Notes: generated by a model not told the origin, from the letters alone. Shown: positions 1 through 9,636, counted from the first letter of the stretch. The stretch is DNA of 64,000 nucleotides from an uncultured euryarchaeote (GCA_937911265.1 CALDRG010000022.1:1399-65398); one strand, 5' to 3'. Made by a program: numbers and translations.

Positions 1-1171
1 TAGTGTGCTGCTGCTACAGCATTGCATCGAGGCGGGGCTGTTGGGAGATGGCTCAATCTACGCATTAGATGGGCTGTCGGCCACCGGACTGAGGGCCAGA
101 CGCTGGTTGAACGAGTTGCCAGCACAGAGTGCGGCCCGCATCAGTGCGACTATGGGGGACATGGATCCAGTGGCCCTCGACTGGGCTATGTGTTGCCATG
201 AGGAGTTCCCGACAGAGCACGGAGAAGGGGAGTTGCTACCGCATCTGGGCGACCTGCGCAAGAGCGTACTGGAGCACGGACGGCACTGGGTTGACATCGA
301 TCCATACGGTTCCCCTCTGCCGTTCCTCGACACCGCTATTCAGTCATTAGCCAGAAGAGGTGTTGCTGAGATTAGCGCCACCGATAGCGCTGCCCTGACC
401 GGCTCTTCGAAAAGCGCTTTACTGCGCCGCTACGGGGCGCGTGTGAGGACCGATGGACTGGCACATGACTCCGGCCTCAGGGTGCTGCTGGCGACAGTAG
501 CTAGGACTGCTGCACGGCACGAGCGTTCGATCGAGCCCCTTCTCTCGATATGGGATTCTCACCACCTCAGAGTCTCGGTACGTGTTCTACGTGGGGTAGA
601 GGGTGCTAACAACGTCGAGGGTTCTCTCGGATGGAGGGTGGCTTCACCCACTGCAAAAGAGGTCTCCTCATCTATCGAGTCCGGCCTACAACCGGAGACT
701 TCGCTCGACTCGCTGCCCATGCACTGCTTCCTACCGCTCTCTCACCCCGTTGACCGCTCCGACAAGCGCATCTCCGGACCGATGTGGATAGGCTCAGTGG
801 GCCAGACCGAGGCGATGGTCTCGATGACCGAGGAGCGTGCGCTTGAGCTATGCGGCCCCAACGCCATCGAGGACGACCCGGTTGGCTGGTCGGAGAGGGA
901 TTTCGAGTACGAGCGCAGGAGGGTGACTCGCAGTGTCAGGCACATCTCGGAGGAATCGGGAGTCATTGATGCCCCGCACCTCATCCTAGTAGACGATCTG
1001 GCGAGCTGGCTCGGTTCGGGCTCGCCACCTAGCCCCAGCGTCATGGCAGAGGCACTCCGTCAAGCAGATCACAGAGCAGCAGTGGCGCACTATGGCAAGC
1101 CATCTTTCCGGACCGATGCGCCTTGGGATGACATCGTGAGGACCTCGAGAGAGGTTCACCCACCGATGTAG
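1..1171 (+). CDS. trm1: tRNA (guanine26-N2)-dimethyltransferase Trm1, 5' end outside window
   Basis: ALDGLSATGLRARR SAM-binding motif, DIDPYGSP, SATD, E/SGLRVLL-like, ISGPMWIG and FRTDAP motifs typical of Trm1. Confidence 0.9.
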   Translation, partial: SVLLLQHCIEAGLLGDGSIYALDGLSATGLRARRWLNELPAQSAARISATMGDMDPVALDWAMCCHEEFPTEHGEGELLPHLGDLRKSVLEHGRHWVDIDPYGSPLPFLDTAIQSLARRGVAEISATDSAALTGSSKSALLRRYGARVRTDGLAHDSGLRVLLATVARTAARHERSIEPLLSIWDSHHLRVSVRVLRGVEGANNVEGSLGWRVASPTAKEVSSSIESGLQPETSLDSLPMHCFLPLSHPVDRSDKRISGPMWIGSVGQTEAMVSMTEERALELCGPNAIEDDPVGWSERDFEYERRRVTRSVRHISEESGVIDAPHLILVDDLASWLGSGSPPSPSVMAEALRQADHRAAVAHYGKPSFRTDAPWDDIVRTSREVHPPM

Positions 1172-2166
1172 GACATCTCGACCCGGGGCAGGGCTGCCGT
1201 CTCCTCAGAGCGAATCTCACTGTAGCGGTCATCGCGCCTCGACCAGATTGCCGAAATCGCATCACTTAGGGCAGGGCCTTCAGTTCCATTGTGAATGATG
1301 GCCCTGAGATCATGGCCCCCGGAGGCGAACAAGCAGGTGTGCAACATCCCGTCGGCGGACAGACGCGCACGCACGCAACCACCGCAGAACGGCTCGCTGA
1401 CCGACGAGATGAATCCGATTTCGCCCGAGCCATCGGAATGGGCCCAGCGACGAGCGACATCGCTCGGTCTCTGGGACTCCACTGAGACCAGATCAAACTC
1501 GCCCTGTAGATGAGTCAGGATGTCTGCGGAAGGCACCACCTGACCGAGTTGCCATCCGTTCGTTCTGCCAACATCCATGTACTCGATGAAGCGTACTGTG
1601 ACCCCGGTCCCGCGGAAGTGACGGACCAGCGGGATCACCTCGGTCTCGTTGACTCCACGCTGCACCACGCAGTTCACCTTGAGCGGAGTGAGTCCGGCTT
1701 CCAAGGCTGCTTCGATGCCATCGAGCACGGTACCAACGGGGATATTGCTGTCAGACATCTGAGAGTGTACCTCGGGGTCGAGGGCGTCGAGGCTGACGGT
1801 GACCCTGTCCAAGCCAGCCTCGGCAAGCTTGGCGGCCTGTTGGGGCAGCAGTGATGCGTTGGTTGTCAGTGCGACCTCCAAACCGGTACCTGAGAGTCTC
1901 GAGATTAGTTCATGCAAGTCTGGTCGGAGCAGAGGTTCACCTCCAGTGATGCGTACCTTCTCGAGACCCAGTGGTTTGCAGGCGGCCACCACCTTCTCAA
2001 TCTCCGGGAATGAGAGGTAGGCGCGGCGCGGTAGGAAGGTGTGCTGTTCTCCAAAGCGCTCCCGGGGCATGCAATACCTGCATCTGAAATTGCACCTATC
2101 GGTGACCGAAATCCGCAGGTCCTTTAGCGGTCTGCCCAGTCTGTCGACGACTTCGGAATCGTTCAC
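1156..2166 (-). CDS. moaA: GTP 3',8-cyclase MoaA (radical SAM)
   Basis: LRISVTDRCNFRCRYC, RITGGEPL, C-terminal CxxC...C cluster (FCGGCVRARL...HTCLF) and terminal MSYIGG. Confidence 0.95.
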   Translation of the reverse strand: MNDSEVVDRLGRPLKDLRISVTDRCNFRCRYCMPRERFGEQHTFLPRRAYLSFPEIEKVVAACKPLGLEKVRITGGEPLLRPDLHELISRLSGTGLEVALTTNASLLPQQAAKLAEAGLDRVTVSLDALDPEVHSQMSDSNIPVGTVLDGIEAALEAGLTPLKVNCVVQRGVNETEVIPLVRHFRGTGVTVRFIEYMDVGRTNGWQLGQVVPSADILTHLQGEFDLVSVESQRPSDVARRWAHSDGSGEIGFISSVSEPFCGGCVRARLSADGMLHTCLFASGGHDLRAIIHNGTEGPALSDAISAIWSRRDDRYSEIRSEETAALPRVEMSYIGG

Positions 2167-2252
2167 GTTTCGGCGTGGGGTGTCTTGATGATGAGGCTTG
2201 CCTGCACGCGGACAGGTTGAATAGAGGGCTGCACCGGACGGCTATTGAGACC

Positions 2253-2816
2253 ATGCTGAGCATCAGTCCGAAGGCGCGTGAGATGCTGGACCAGTTCGCA
2301 GATCAGGCAGAAGAGGCGAGTGGGCTCGTGCTCAGGGTCGAGATAGTTGGAAGGGGGCCCAAGGGATTCCTGTACGACCTTCAGTTCATTGGCTCCGATG
2401 ATCGCAAGGAGAACGACATCGAATTGGAGATCGAGGGCATGAAGGTGTTCGTCGCAGCCAGAAGCGCTCAGTACCTCGAGGGTACCACGCTTGACTACAA
2501 GGAGACGTTGATGGGTGGCGGCTTCAGTTTTGACAATCCCAATCCACTATGGGTGGACGAGCTCTCCAAGGCGGTCGCAGAGATCATTGCCAGCGAGGTC
2601 AACCCGGTGGTCGCTTCGCACGGCGGACATGTCGACCTGATAGGAGTGGATGACGGCAAGGCCATTATCGCCTTCGGGGGTGGCTGTCAGGGCTGTGGCA
2701 TGGTGGATGTGACTCTCAAACAGGGGGTCGAGGTCATGATCAAGGACAATGTTCCGGGGATTTCTGAGGTGGTCGACGCCACTGATCACGCAGCAGGTAC
2801 AAATCCGTTTTACTAG
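2253..2816 (+). CDS. nfuA: Fe-S cluster carrier NfuA (degenerate A-type domain + NifU-C domain)
   Basis: N-terminal HesB/IscA-like region (GTTLDY...GGFSFDNPN) followed by HGG...GGGCQGC NifU domain; start moved to ATG 2253. Confidence 0.85.
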   Translation: MLSISPKAREMLDQFADQAEEASGLVLRVEIVGRGPKGFLYDLQFIGSDDRKENDIELEIEGMKVFVAARSAQYLEGTTLDYKETLMGGGFSFDNPNPLWVDELSKAVAEIIASEVNPVVASHGGHVDLIGVDDGKAIIAFGGGCQGCGMVDVTLKQGVEVMIKDNVPGISEVVDATDHAAGTNPFY

Positions 2817-2818
2817 AG

Positions 2819-3589
2819 TCAGCGGACCATCGGAACGTCGTCCTCATCGTCATCATCACCGGGAGCGGGCAGCGCCATCGCTTGGGCCCTCTCGAATGCC
2901 TCCCTGACTCTCTCCTCGATGTTTCGCGCATCGTCGAGCAGTCCCTGAACAGGAATCTCGCGGTCCATCAGCTCGCTCAGACCCTCAACGGCAATCAGTG
3001 CGGCTCTGGCGTCGGGGTACATCGGGTTGCACTCGGCAAGCAAGGCCGTCACGTCCAACCCTCTGCGCTCGCCTTCGGCAATCAGATAGCCGGTAATACC
3101 GGCGACTATGCCTTGCTGGATCTGTTGGATACCGGCATCGTCAAGTTGGTCGCGACTCATCCGTGTAGATGCGACTCCCCACAAATCACTATCCTCCTTG
3201 ATACCCAAATCATTGCTGACCACACCGTCGATTACGATGAGTCGGTCGAAACCGCCCTTGGTGAACCACTCCATGACGGTCTCACCAAAATACACGTCAT
3301 TCTCGCTGGGAAACTGTATCTCTGCTGTGAACACGCCTATGCCGTCCCCCTGATACACCCTAACAGGATGCTTAGGAACCGAGTCGTGAATTAGTGCGAT
3401 GGCGGGGAACTTCGGGTGCATCACCGTGCCCATTGGACTGAGCTCTAAGGTCTGGATGAGATGTGAGGTGGCGATGACCCCCACAGAGCCAACAGTGGAG
3501 AAACCACAGATTGCGGTACCGCCCAAGCGATTCGGGTCCGCATCAGCATGCAATACGAGGGGGTAGGCGCCGCTCGAGTACTCGTCCAT
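2819..3589 (-). CDS. PAC2 family proteasome assembly chaperone
   Basis: GFSTVGSVGVIA, HPVRVY, GITGYL and PDARAA motifs; start at MDEY (3589). Confidence 0.85.
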   Translation of the reverse strand: MDEYSSGAYPLVLHADADPNRLGGTAICGFSTVGSVGVIATSHLIQTLELSPMGTVMHPKFPAIALIHDSVPKHPVRVYQGDGIGVFTAEIQFPSENDVYFGETVMEWFTKGGFDRLIVIDGVVSNDLGIKEDSDLWGVASTRMSRDQLDDAGIQQIQQGIVAGITGYLIAEGERRGLDVTALLAECNPMYPDARAALIAVEGLSELMDREIPVQGLLDDARNIEERVREAFERAQAMALPAPGDDDDEDDVPMVR

Positions 3590-3719
3590 GGACTGTCCCC
3601 CCAATCGAAGATTATTGAATCCCACGATGAAGAGATGTCGATAATGCCTCTGATTCGCTACTCTGACTGTTAAGGAACGCTGCGATAAATTAACACCGAT
3701 GGAGCGTTGCGGGACCTAT

Positions 3720-4253
3720 ATGACTGGAGTCGGCAGCAGTGGAGTGGGCAGAATCTACATCAAGGCTGGATCTGAAGAGATTGACCTCTCAGGCTCAGCC
3801 CGCGAAGTCAATGACGCTTGGCTCAATATCACCAAGCAGGACACTTGGCAGTCTACTCTCTCAAGGATTCGCCTAGCCAGACAGGAGGCCATCGATCGGG
3901 CTCGCGAAGTGGCGCTCAAGTCGGGAATTCCGGAACGTGGGTCTGCCTTCAAGCGCCTCATGGACACCTGCGATATCAACAAGAAGAGCGATGTGATACT
4001 CGCAGCCATCCATTACCTAAGATCTGTTGAGAAAGAGGTTGACACACCTCCTAGAGACATCAAGAGGCTGATAGTCCAGAGTGAGAAGTGGGAAGAGGGG
4101 GAGATCGATAAGTGGAACATGTCACTGTACATCAACAGGATGCTGGAGGGAGGGAAAGCGCTACTCGAGTACCCCGGTAATCAACCAGAGAAGAATCGTT
4201 TCGTGGTACTAACCGATGCCGGTCTCGACCATCTCGAGAACATGTCGCTGTGA
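3720..4253 (+). CDS. hypothetical protein, possible C-terminal winged helix
   Basis: Clean ORF; C-terminal FVVLTDAGLDHL resembles a wHTH wing; TTAACA at -30 from ATG 3720. Confidence 0.55.
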   Translation: MTGVGSSGVGRIYIKAGSEEIDLSGSAREVNDAWLNITKQDTWQSTLSRIRLARQEAIDRAREVALKSGIPERGSAFKRLMDTCDINKKSDVILAAIHYLRSVEKEVDTPPRDIKRLIVQSEKWEEGEIDKWNMSLYINRMLEGGKALLEYPGNQPEKNRFVVLTDAGLDHLENMSL

Positions 4254-4262
4254 GTTGAGCCT

Positions 4263-4649
4263 GTGACTGAATCCGCTAAGGATCTGTCTTACACCTCGCA
4301 TGTAGGTCGGGATCTGCGTGAGGTCAATCTCTCGAACGCCGATTTGCGGCGCGCCATCTTCGATGGTGCTGACCTCGAGAAAGCAAACCTGTCGGGCAGC
4401 GACCTGCGTGACGCCTCGCTGAAGCGGGCCAATCTGAAGATGGCGTCGCTGGACGGCGCCGACCTGCGAGGGGCGCGGATGATTAAGGCCAACCTAGGAC
4501 TCTCTAACTTGCAAGGAGCTCGTCTTGATGGCGCCGACATGAGGGGGATTCGAGGTAAGTATGCCATCTGGCGGGACGCCAACTGGTGGGATGCGACTAT
4601 GGATGAGTCGTTGAGTAAAGCGCTCTCCAAGAAGTGGCCGAGAAAGTAG
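4263..4649 (+). CDS. pentapeptide repeat protein
   Basis: Tandem A(D/N)Lxx repeats (ADLRR, ADLEK, ANLSG, SDLRD, ANLKM, ADLRG). Confidence 0.9.
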   Translation: MTESAKDLSYTSHVGRDLREVNLSNADLRRAIFDGADLEKANLSGSDLRDASLKRANLKMASLDGADLRGARMIKANLGLSNLQGARLDGADMRGIRGKYAIWRDANWWDATMDESLSKALSKKWPRK

Positions 4650-5066
4650 TCATTCAGGTGCCATCTTGGCAAGGCCATCTCGCATCCATTCGGGGACTCT
4701 GACTTTCTCCTTGACATTGTTCATGTCGACACATACTGTGACCTGATCCGAGGTCCAGCACAGTACATCGTCCTGATTGCGGAACTCGTATCTCCACGAG
4801 ATAGACGTGTTGCCTATGCGTGGGACTGTTATGGTGCAGTGCACGGTGTCACCATAGGCCAGAGGGTGGAGGAACTGAGCGTCGCTATGCACCAGAGGGA
4901 ATCCAAGACCATGCTCATGCAGGATAACGTTGTAGTGCATGCCGCATGAGTGCTCCCAAGACTCCTCATAGAACCGGTGAGCGAGGTCCCAGAACTGAGG
5001 GTAGTAGATGATTCGAGCTAGGTCTACCATCGGAAAGTCGACACGGCGTTGCGAGGTGAATGCCAT
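4650..5066 (-). CDS. acyl-CoA thioesterase (4-hydroxybenzoyl-CoA/YbgC hotdog family)
   Basis: VDFPMVDLARIIYYPQF, HPLAYGD and RIGNTSI motifs. Confidence 0.8.
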   Translation of the reverse strand: MAFTSQRRVDFPMVDLARIIYYPQFWDLAHRFYEESWEHSCGMHYNVILHEHGLGFPLVHSDAQFLHPLAYGDTVHCTITVPRIGNTSISWRYEFRNQDDVLCWTSDQVTVCVDMNNVKEKVRVPEWMRDGLAKMAPE

Positions 5067-5111
5067 GTTGCAGCCTCGGGGGGTTCGTGCTTGAACGCTC
5101 CCTTACTGTAG

Positions 5112-5188
5112 TGGCGGACCCACCGCGATTCGAACACGGGTTTCCAGCTCCGGAGGCTAGAGTGATATCCAGGCTACACTATGGGTCC
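5112..5188 (-). tRNA. tRNA-Arg(CCG)
   Basis: Cloverleaf GGACCCA...TGGGTCC-G-CCA; anticodon arm CTAGC-CTCCGGA-GCTGG; TTCGAAT T-loop; CCA encoded. Confidence 0.93.
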
Positions 5189-5250
5189 AGTGACGCCTCC
5201 AAAGCCCCTCAGTAATTGAATCGGTCGCATGCTGGGCACTGACCCCTGGA

Positions 5251-5327
5251 TGGCGGACCCACCGCGATTCGAACACGGGTTACAAGCTCCGCAAGCTCAT
5301 GTGATATCCAGGCTACACTATGGGTCC
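5251..5327 (-). tRNA. tRNA-Arg(GCG)
   Basis: Same body as the neighbouring tRNA; anticodon arm TGAGC-TTGCGGA-GCTTG; CCA encoded. Confidence 0.93.
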
Positions 5328-5378
5328 AGCGCTATTTCGAGCGAAGGCCTCTGTTTAACCCCGACGGTATCTGAAGCA

Positions 5379-5732
5379 TCACATGCTTAGAGGAAGCACG
5401 GTCTTCCAGCGTGGCTCAGCCAGTTTCTTGGCGTTGGGTGCGATTCTGGTATTCTTGGTCTTGTGAGTCAACACTCCATGCATCCCCTCAACTGCGAATT
5501 TGACACGTAACTCTAGCATGCGGTCCCTCTCAGCCGTGTTCAGCTGCTCGGAATCCAACTCGATTGAGGTCGCAGCACCCTCATCGCCCTCGTTACACAG
5601 ACTCAGCGTGCTGCCCTCAATGTCGGCTCTTGGTGAGAAGTCGTAATCCTTGGGATCACTCATCCGGACCTCTGCATCGACGACAAGTCGGTTGCGGATG
5701 GAGACCTTGGTTATCTCCATCGACTTGACCAT
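5379..5732 (-). CDS. hypothetical protein
   Basis: 117-aa ORF filling the intergenic space with TTTGAAC upstream; no family recognised. Confidence 0.55.
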   Translation of the reverse strand: MVKSMEITKVSIRNRLVVDAEVRMSDPKDYDFSPRADIEGSTLSLCNEGDEGAATSIELDSEQLNTAERDRMLELRVKFAVEGMHGVLTHKTKNTRIAPNAKKLAEPRWKTVLPLSM

Positions 5733-5784
5733 GAAGCGCCATCGCTGCCGAGTTCAAAGCCCTTCGCACGAAGACGTGCGGGAC

Positions 5785-6954
5785 TCACACGCCGATCTCG
5801 CTGACTCGTGGCACTAGTATGACGAACTTGACCACCAACTCCCAGTCGTTGCCCTGATCGGGGTCTACACCATCCACCGGCAGGTCGGGGTCGCACTGGT
5901 CAGCAGTGATGGTCCAGTACCAAGTACCCTGCCCGAAGCGCTCGCCTGGTTCGTTCAACAGTGCCTCGACCAGTCCATCGGAGGAGTCGGCGGTGATGGT
6001 GTAGCCGCTCTCTGGGTGTGAGTTCATTTCACCTCGATCTAGACTACCACTAGCGTTCTCGGTGAAGTTGTCATGATGGGTTGAGACGAAGGTACTCCAA
6101 CCAGAGGCGGGGACGCTGAGCGACAGTGTGAAATTGTCCTCGGGCCACATTATGGGAAGTAGGTCCCTTGCGAGTATTAGAGTCGCGTTGACCTGTATTA
6201 TCCTCGCGCCTGCTCCCGGTTCGTGGTTAATCTCGTAGCTCTGGCCCTGCTCTAAGTATCCTGACCAATCGACCTCTACGTGCTGCTCCTCCCAGACCAC
6301 GTTGAAAGTGCGTGAAATGACCATCAGACTCCAGACCTCTGTCCTCATGGCCCCCTTGTCGTCGATTACCGAAACTGAGCCGGTGCGGTTTCCCGAGATG
6401 TCGATGGTGAGGTCGACGTAGGACGAGGAAGAGTCGGCATCGTTGGTCTTCTCACCGTCTCCGTCGGAGTCCGTGCCTAGGTCGAAGTCCCACATGAATT
6501 CGACAGAGGCTCCCTCGGGATCGGATGAACCGCTTGCATCGAGCCTGGCCGTTTCGCCGGCTCTAACGTAAGTGGGCATTTCGATTTCGATGGTAGGAGG
6601 GGAGTTCACAAAGATTGTCAGTGAGGCCCTATCAACCTCGCCGTTGTCATTGAGCACAGTGACCTCGACCTCGTGATTCCCGGACAATTCGAAGGTGTGG
6701 CTCACTATGCCCTGCTTGGTGTCACGGGACTCGCCATCGCCGAAATCCCAGCGGTACTCGTCGATGAAAGTGGGTTCGGGAGTGGTAGACTCCCTAGCGT
6801 CGAAATTCACCGTCTCACCGATGTTAATCTCCTGTTGGTCAGCACTGATTCTGGCATTGGGGGTTGTCGAACTGAGGCCCGAGCAGCCGACTAGACTAGT
6901 CACGAGCAGCAGCATCACGATTGCTGACGAGACGCCCCTAGTGATTCCAGTCAT
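5785..6954 (-). CDS. PKD-domain lipoprotein
   Basis: Signal peptide with lipobox-like SLVGC; two PKD units (FDARES..YRWDFGDG; LDASGSSDPEG..FMWDFD); DSDGDG Ca-binding motif; start uncertain (ORF extends to 7029). Confidence 0.8.
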   Translation of the reverse strand: MTGITRGVSSAIVMLLLVTSLVGCSGLSSTTPNARISADQQEINIGETVNFDARESTTPEPTFIDEYRWDFGDGESRDTKQGIVSHTFELSGNHEVEVTVLNDNGEVDRASLTIFVNSPPTIEIEMPTYVRAGETARLDASGSSDPEGASVEFMWDFDLGTDSDGDGEKTNDADSSSSYVDLTIDISGNRTGSVSVIDDKGAMRTEVWSLMVISRTFNVVWEEQHVEVDWSGYLEQGQSYEINHEPGAGARIIQVNATLILARDLLPIMWPEDNFTLSLSVPASGWSTFVSTHHDNFTENASGSLDRGEMNSHPESGYTITADSSDGLVEALLNEPGERFGQGTWYWTITADQCDPDLPVDGVDPDQGNDWELVVKFVILVPRVSEIGV

Positions 6955-7053
6955 ACGCACACTGTCGAACTGACCACTCATAGGGCTGTTGGAAACCGGC
7001 TCGTTGCCACGCGGTTTACGAGAGTTCATGGACGGTGCCGCTCAGCAGATGGT

Positions 7054-7632
7054 GTGTCTGACGCAATGCTCACTGGCTACAGAGTGCTTGGTTTCGACCT
7101 CGAGACCACCGGTTTCAGCCACAGGTCTGACAGGATCGTGCAATTCGCGTTTATCGGCAGCGACGTAGATGGTAGCCACATCAACCTGCAGTCGCTAGTC
7201 AACCCAAGAGTGCGGATTCCTGCTGAGACCACTAAAGTGCACGGCATAACCGATGATGATGTCAGAGAGGCGAGCGACTTCTCTCAACACATCGCAGAGA
7301 TTTCTTCGATAATGGAGGACTCGGTCATCGTAGGACACAATGTGCTGCAGTTTGACTGGCGCTTCCTCGAGATGGAGTGCATGCGCGCCGGTGTCGAAAC
7401 TCCGCGCCCCCGGGCTATAATCGACACTCTGGTCCTAGCAAGGAGGCTGAGAATACCCGGGCGGCACACGCTGGGACACCTCTGCCACAGATTCGGGATA
7501 GCTATGGAGAGGAGTCATCAGGCCGATGTAGATGCGGGTGCAACGCTGTTGCTGCTGTGGAGGATAATGCAGGCCTACCCCAGCAAGTTCCGGGGTTCGG
7601 TCGACGACTTGCTCGACTCATTCTCTGACTGA
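7054..7632 (+). CDS. DEDDh 3'-5' exonuclease (DnaQ/Pol III epsilon-like)
   Basis: ExoI FDLETTG, ExoII GHNVLQFD, ExoIII HQADVD. Confidence 0.9.
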   Translation: MSDAMLTGYRVLGFDLETTGFSHRSDRIVQFAFIGSDVDGSHINLQSLVNPRVRIPAETTKVHGITDDDVREASDFSQHIAEISSIMEDSVIVGHNVLQFDWRFLEMECMRAGVETPRPRAIIDTLVLARRLRIPGRHTLGHLCHRFGIAMERSHQADVDAGATLLLLWRIMQAYPSKFRGSVDDLLDSFSD

Positions 7633-8817
7633 CTTGAGCAGTGGTGTCCACGGGAGTACCTCACACCAGTCTCCGAGGTGGACTATCTTGCCATCCACCC
7701 TAACACTGCCAAGAAATATCGCCCCATCGTAGCCCGAATCCATCAGTTCGCGCATCTGGTCGAGTGCTTGGTCACGCAGAATGGCTCCGAAGCGGTGGTC
7801 TGAGTGCGCCAGCTCACCGTCGACTCCGATTGGTGGCATTCGCTCAAACAATGCGGCGCCTGACTCGGGATCGAACCTGACAGTGCTGACCACTTCATCG
7901 CGGAACATGCTACCCGGCGGGAGAATGCCGTCCCTCCTCGCAGTCCACCACACTGGGCACCATGCCTTCCACTCGCAAAACCCGCACTGCACCTCTCCGG
8001 GGGTGCCTTCCAAAGGCTCCTCTGTGAACCTCATACCCTCCCAGGCTGCAAAAGCATCGTCGAGAATCGAGGGCCCGTCAGCACGGTGCACGGTCTGGTT
8101 CGACGAGTACCAGCCCTCGGCGTAGACTGGGGGGTGATCGGGATTAATTTGCTTCAACAGGTCTCGGTAGAACCTGAGTTGTCGGCTGACTTTTTCGTTG
8201 AGTTTCTGCTTGGGAGGGTTTCCAGTCTTGAGATCGGCGACTATCCAACCTCTCGATTTACCATTCTCATCGAGGTCGGATACCAGCAGATCGAGCCGCC
8301 CCATCAGACGACCGCACTCGGACACTAGAGTCCCCTCATTAGCCAGCACAATGTCCTGGACCTGCTTCCACTGGCCAACAGTAACCTCGGAGAGCCCAAC
8401 CTTGCCCATGTTAGATTTGGAGAATAGAATGTTTAGCGCTCCGACGAGGCCATCGTGCGCTTTGGTAATCATCTCGTCCTTCCACCTGGGGTGGCGCGGA
8501 GTCGCGAGGAAGATGTCACGTTCGAGAGACCAATGGCGATCAAGGACGGCTTTCGATGTTGGGGGAAGCCAGCCGTCCTCGGAGTCCTCCCTGTCAGAAA
8601 GGTCGAGGTTGCACAGGTCCTCAACAGAGTTGTGCACTGCTGTACCCATGGCAGCAGGCATGCTGGCCTTGCGAGGAAGTCGTTGTCTCGAGAGCCAGTA
8701 CTTACGAGGACAATCCTCGTAGCGATTCCATGAGGAGGGTGAGAGTTGGTGCGCAGTGAACCCTTCTTCCAAGCCTCTCCCCAAGGTGAGTCCGGGCGTG
8801 ACAACGGTTAACAGCAT
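7618..8817 (-). CDS. PD-(D/E)XK nuclease, RecB/AddB/Cas4-like, with probable 4Fe-4S staple
   Basis: LSPSS...CPRKY, GTAVH, E...GRLD, DLKTG, QLRFY and CGFCEWKAWC; start uncertain. Confidence 0.85.
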   Translation of the reverse strand: MLLTVVTPGLTLGRGLEEGFTAHQLSPSSWNRYEDCPRKYWLSRQRLPRKASMPAAMGTAVHNSVEDLCNLDLSDREDSEDGWLPPTSKAVLDRHWSLERDIFLATPRHPRWKDEMITKAHDGLVGALNILFSKSNMGKVGLSEVTVGQWKQVQDIVLANEGTLVSECGRLMGRLDLLVSDLDENGKSRGWIVADLKTGNPPKQKLNEKVSRQLRFYRDLLKQINPDHPPVYAEGWYSSNQTVHRADGPSILDDAFAAWEGMRFTEEPLEGTPGEVQCGFCEWKAWCPVWWTARRDGILPPGSMFRDEVVSTVRFDPESGAALFERMPPIGVDGELAHSDHRFGAILRDQALDQMRELMDSGYDGAIFLGSVRVDGKIVHLGDWCEVLPWTPLLKSVRE

Positions 8818-8835
8818 TGGCTGAGATTACGTAAC

Positions 8836-9636
8836 ATGACGGAGCCACCGAAGGTAGAGGTGAACTCAGATATTAATGCAGCTGGCGCCCTAGTCGTCAG
8901 TTGCTTCCCATCGATTGGTTTCGTCAGTAGCATCGTGGCGCACTATCTCGTTGACAAGCTGGATCTGAAGATGGTCGGAGGTGTCAGGCACTCCAAGCTC
9001 CCTCCTGTCTGCCTAGTCCAAGACGGCAAGCCCTTGCCGCCGATGAGATTCTACTCGGGGGAACCTATCTGCACTATGGAGAAATGCGACAAGGTGGTCC
9101 TGATAGCATCCGAGATCCAAGTCATCCCAGAACTGAATCTGCCTCTGGCTGACACTCTGCTCGATTGGTGCACGGAGAATGGAGTAGGGGCGACTATTCT
9201 AATCGATTCGTACGCACAGGGAATCGGGCAGCAACACTCTATTTTCGACGATGACCGGAGTGACGAGACCATTCTCGGGATAGGTTCCACCGATGCCTCG
9301 CACAATACTCTGAAGGAACTCGGGGTGCCACTTCTGAAACAGGGTGTCGTCGGGGGCATCACCGGGGTCATGATGGGAGAAGGTAGGAGACGAGAGATTG
9401 ACGTGATGGCAATCCTTGCAGAGTCCGACGGTGAGATTGGTGGTAATATGCCAGATGCCAGAGCGGCGGCTCGTATCATCGAGTGTCTCGACGACCTACT
9501 CCCTGCCGTGCATTTAGATCCCGAGCCGCTGTTGGCAGAGGCGCAGAGAATTGAGGGTGAGATTCGCGAGATGATGGCTGTGCACCTAAACCCACCCAGT
9601 GAGGCCGGGGATGCTCCTGGCCCAATGTACGGTTAG
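8836..9636 (+). CDS. PAC2 family proteasome chaperone/activator with C-terminal HbYX motif
   Basis: FPSIGFVSSIV, PPMRFY, GGITG and PDARAA motifs; ends in M-Y-G. Confidence 0.85.
   Translation: MTEPPKVEVNSDINAAGALVVSCFPSIGFVSSIVAHYLVDKLDLKMVGGVRHSKLPPVCLVQDGKPLPPMRFYSGEPICTMEKCDKVVLIASEIQVIPELNLPLADTLLDWCTENGVGATILIDSYAQGIGQQHSIFDDDRSDETILGIGSTDASHNTLKELGVPLLKQGVVGGITGVMMGEGRRREIDVMAILAESDGEIGGNMPDARAAARIIECLDDLLPAVHLDPEPLLAEAQRIEGEIREMMAVHLNPPSEAGDAPGPMYG

Noticed and set aside
7618-8817. Cas4-like nuclease as evidence of a CRISPR-Cas locus
   Set aside because: No cas1/cas2 or array in the window
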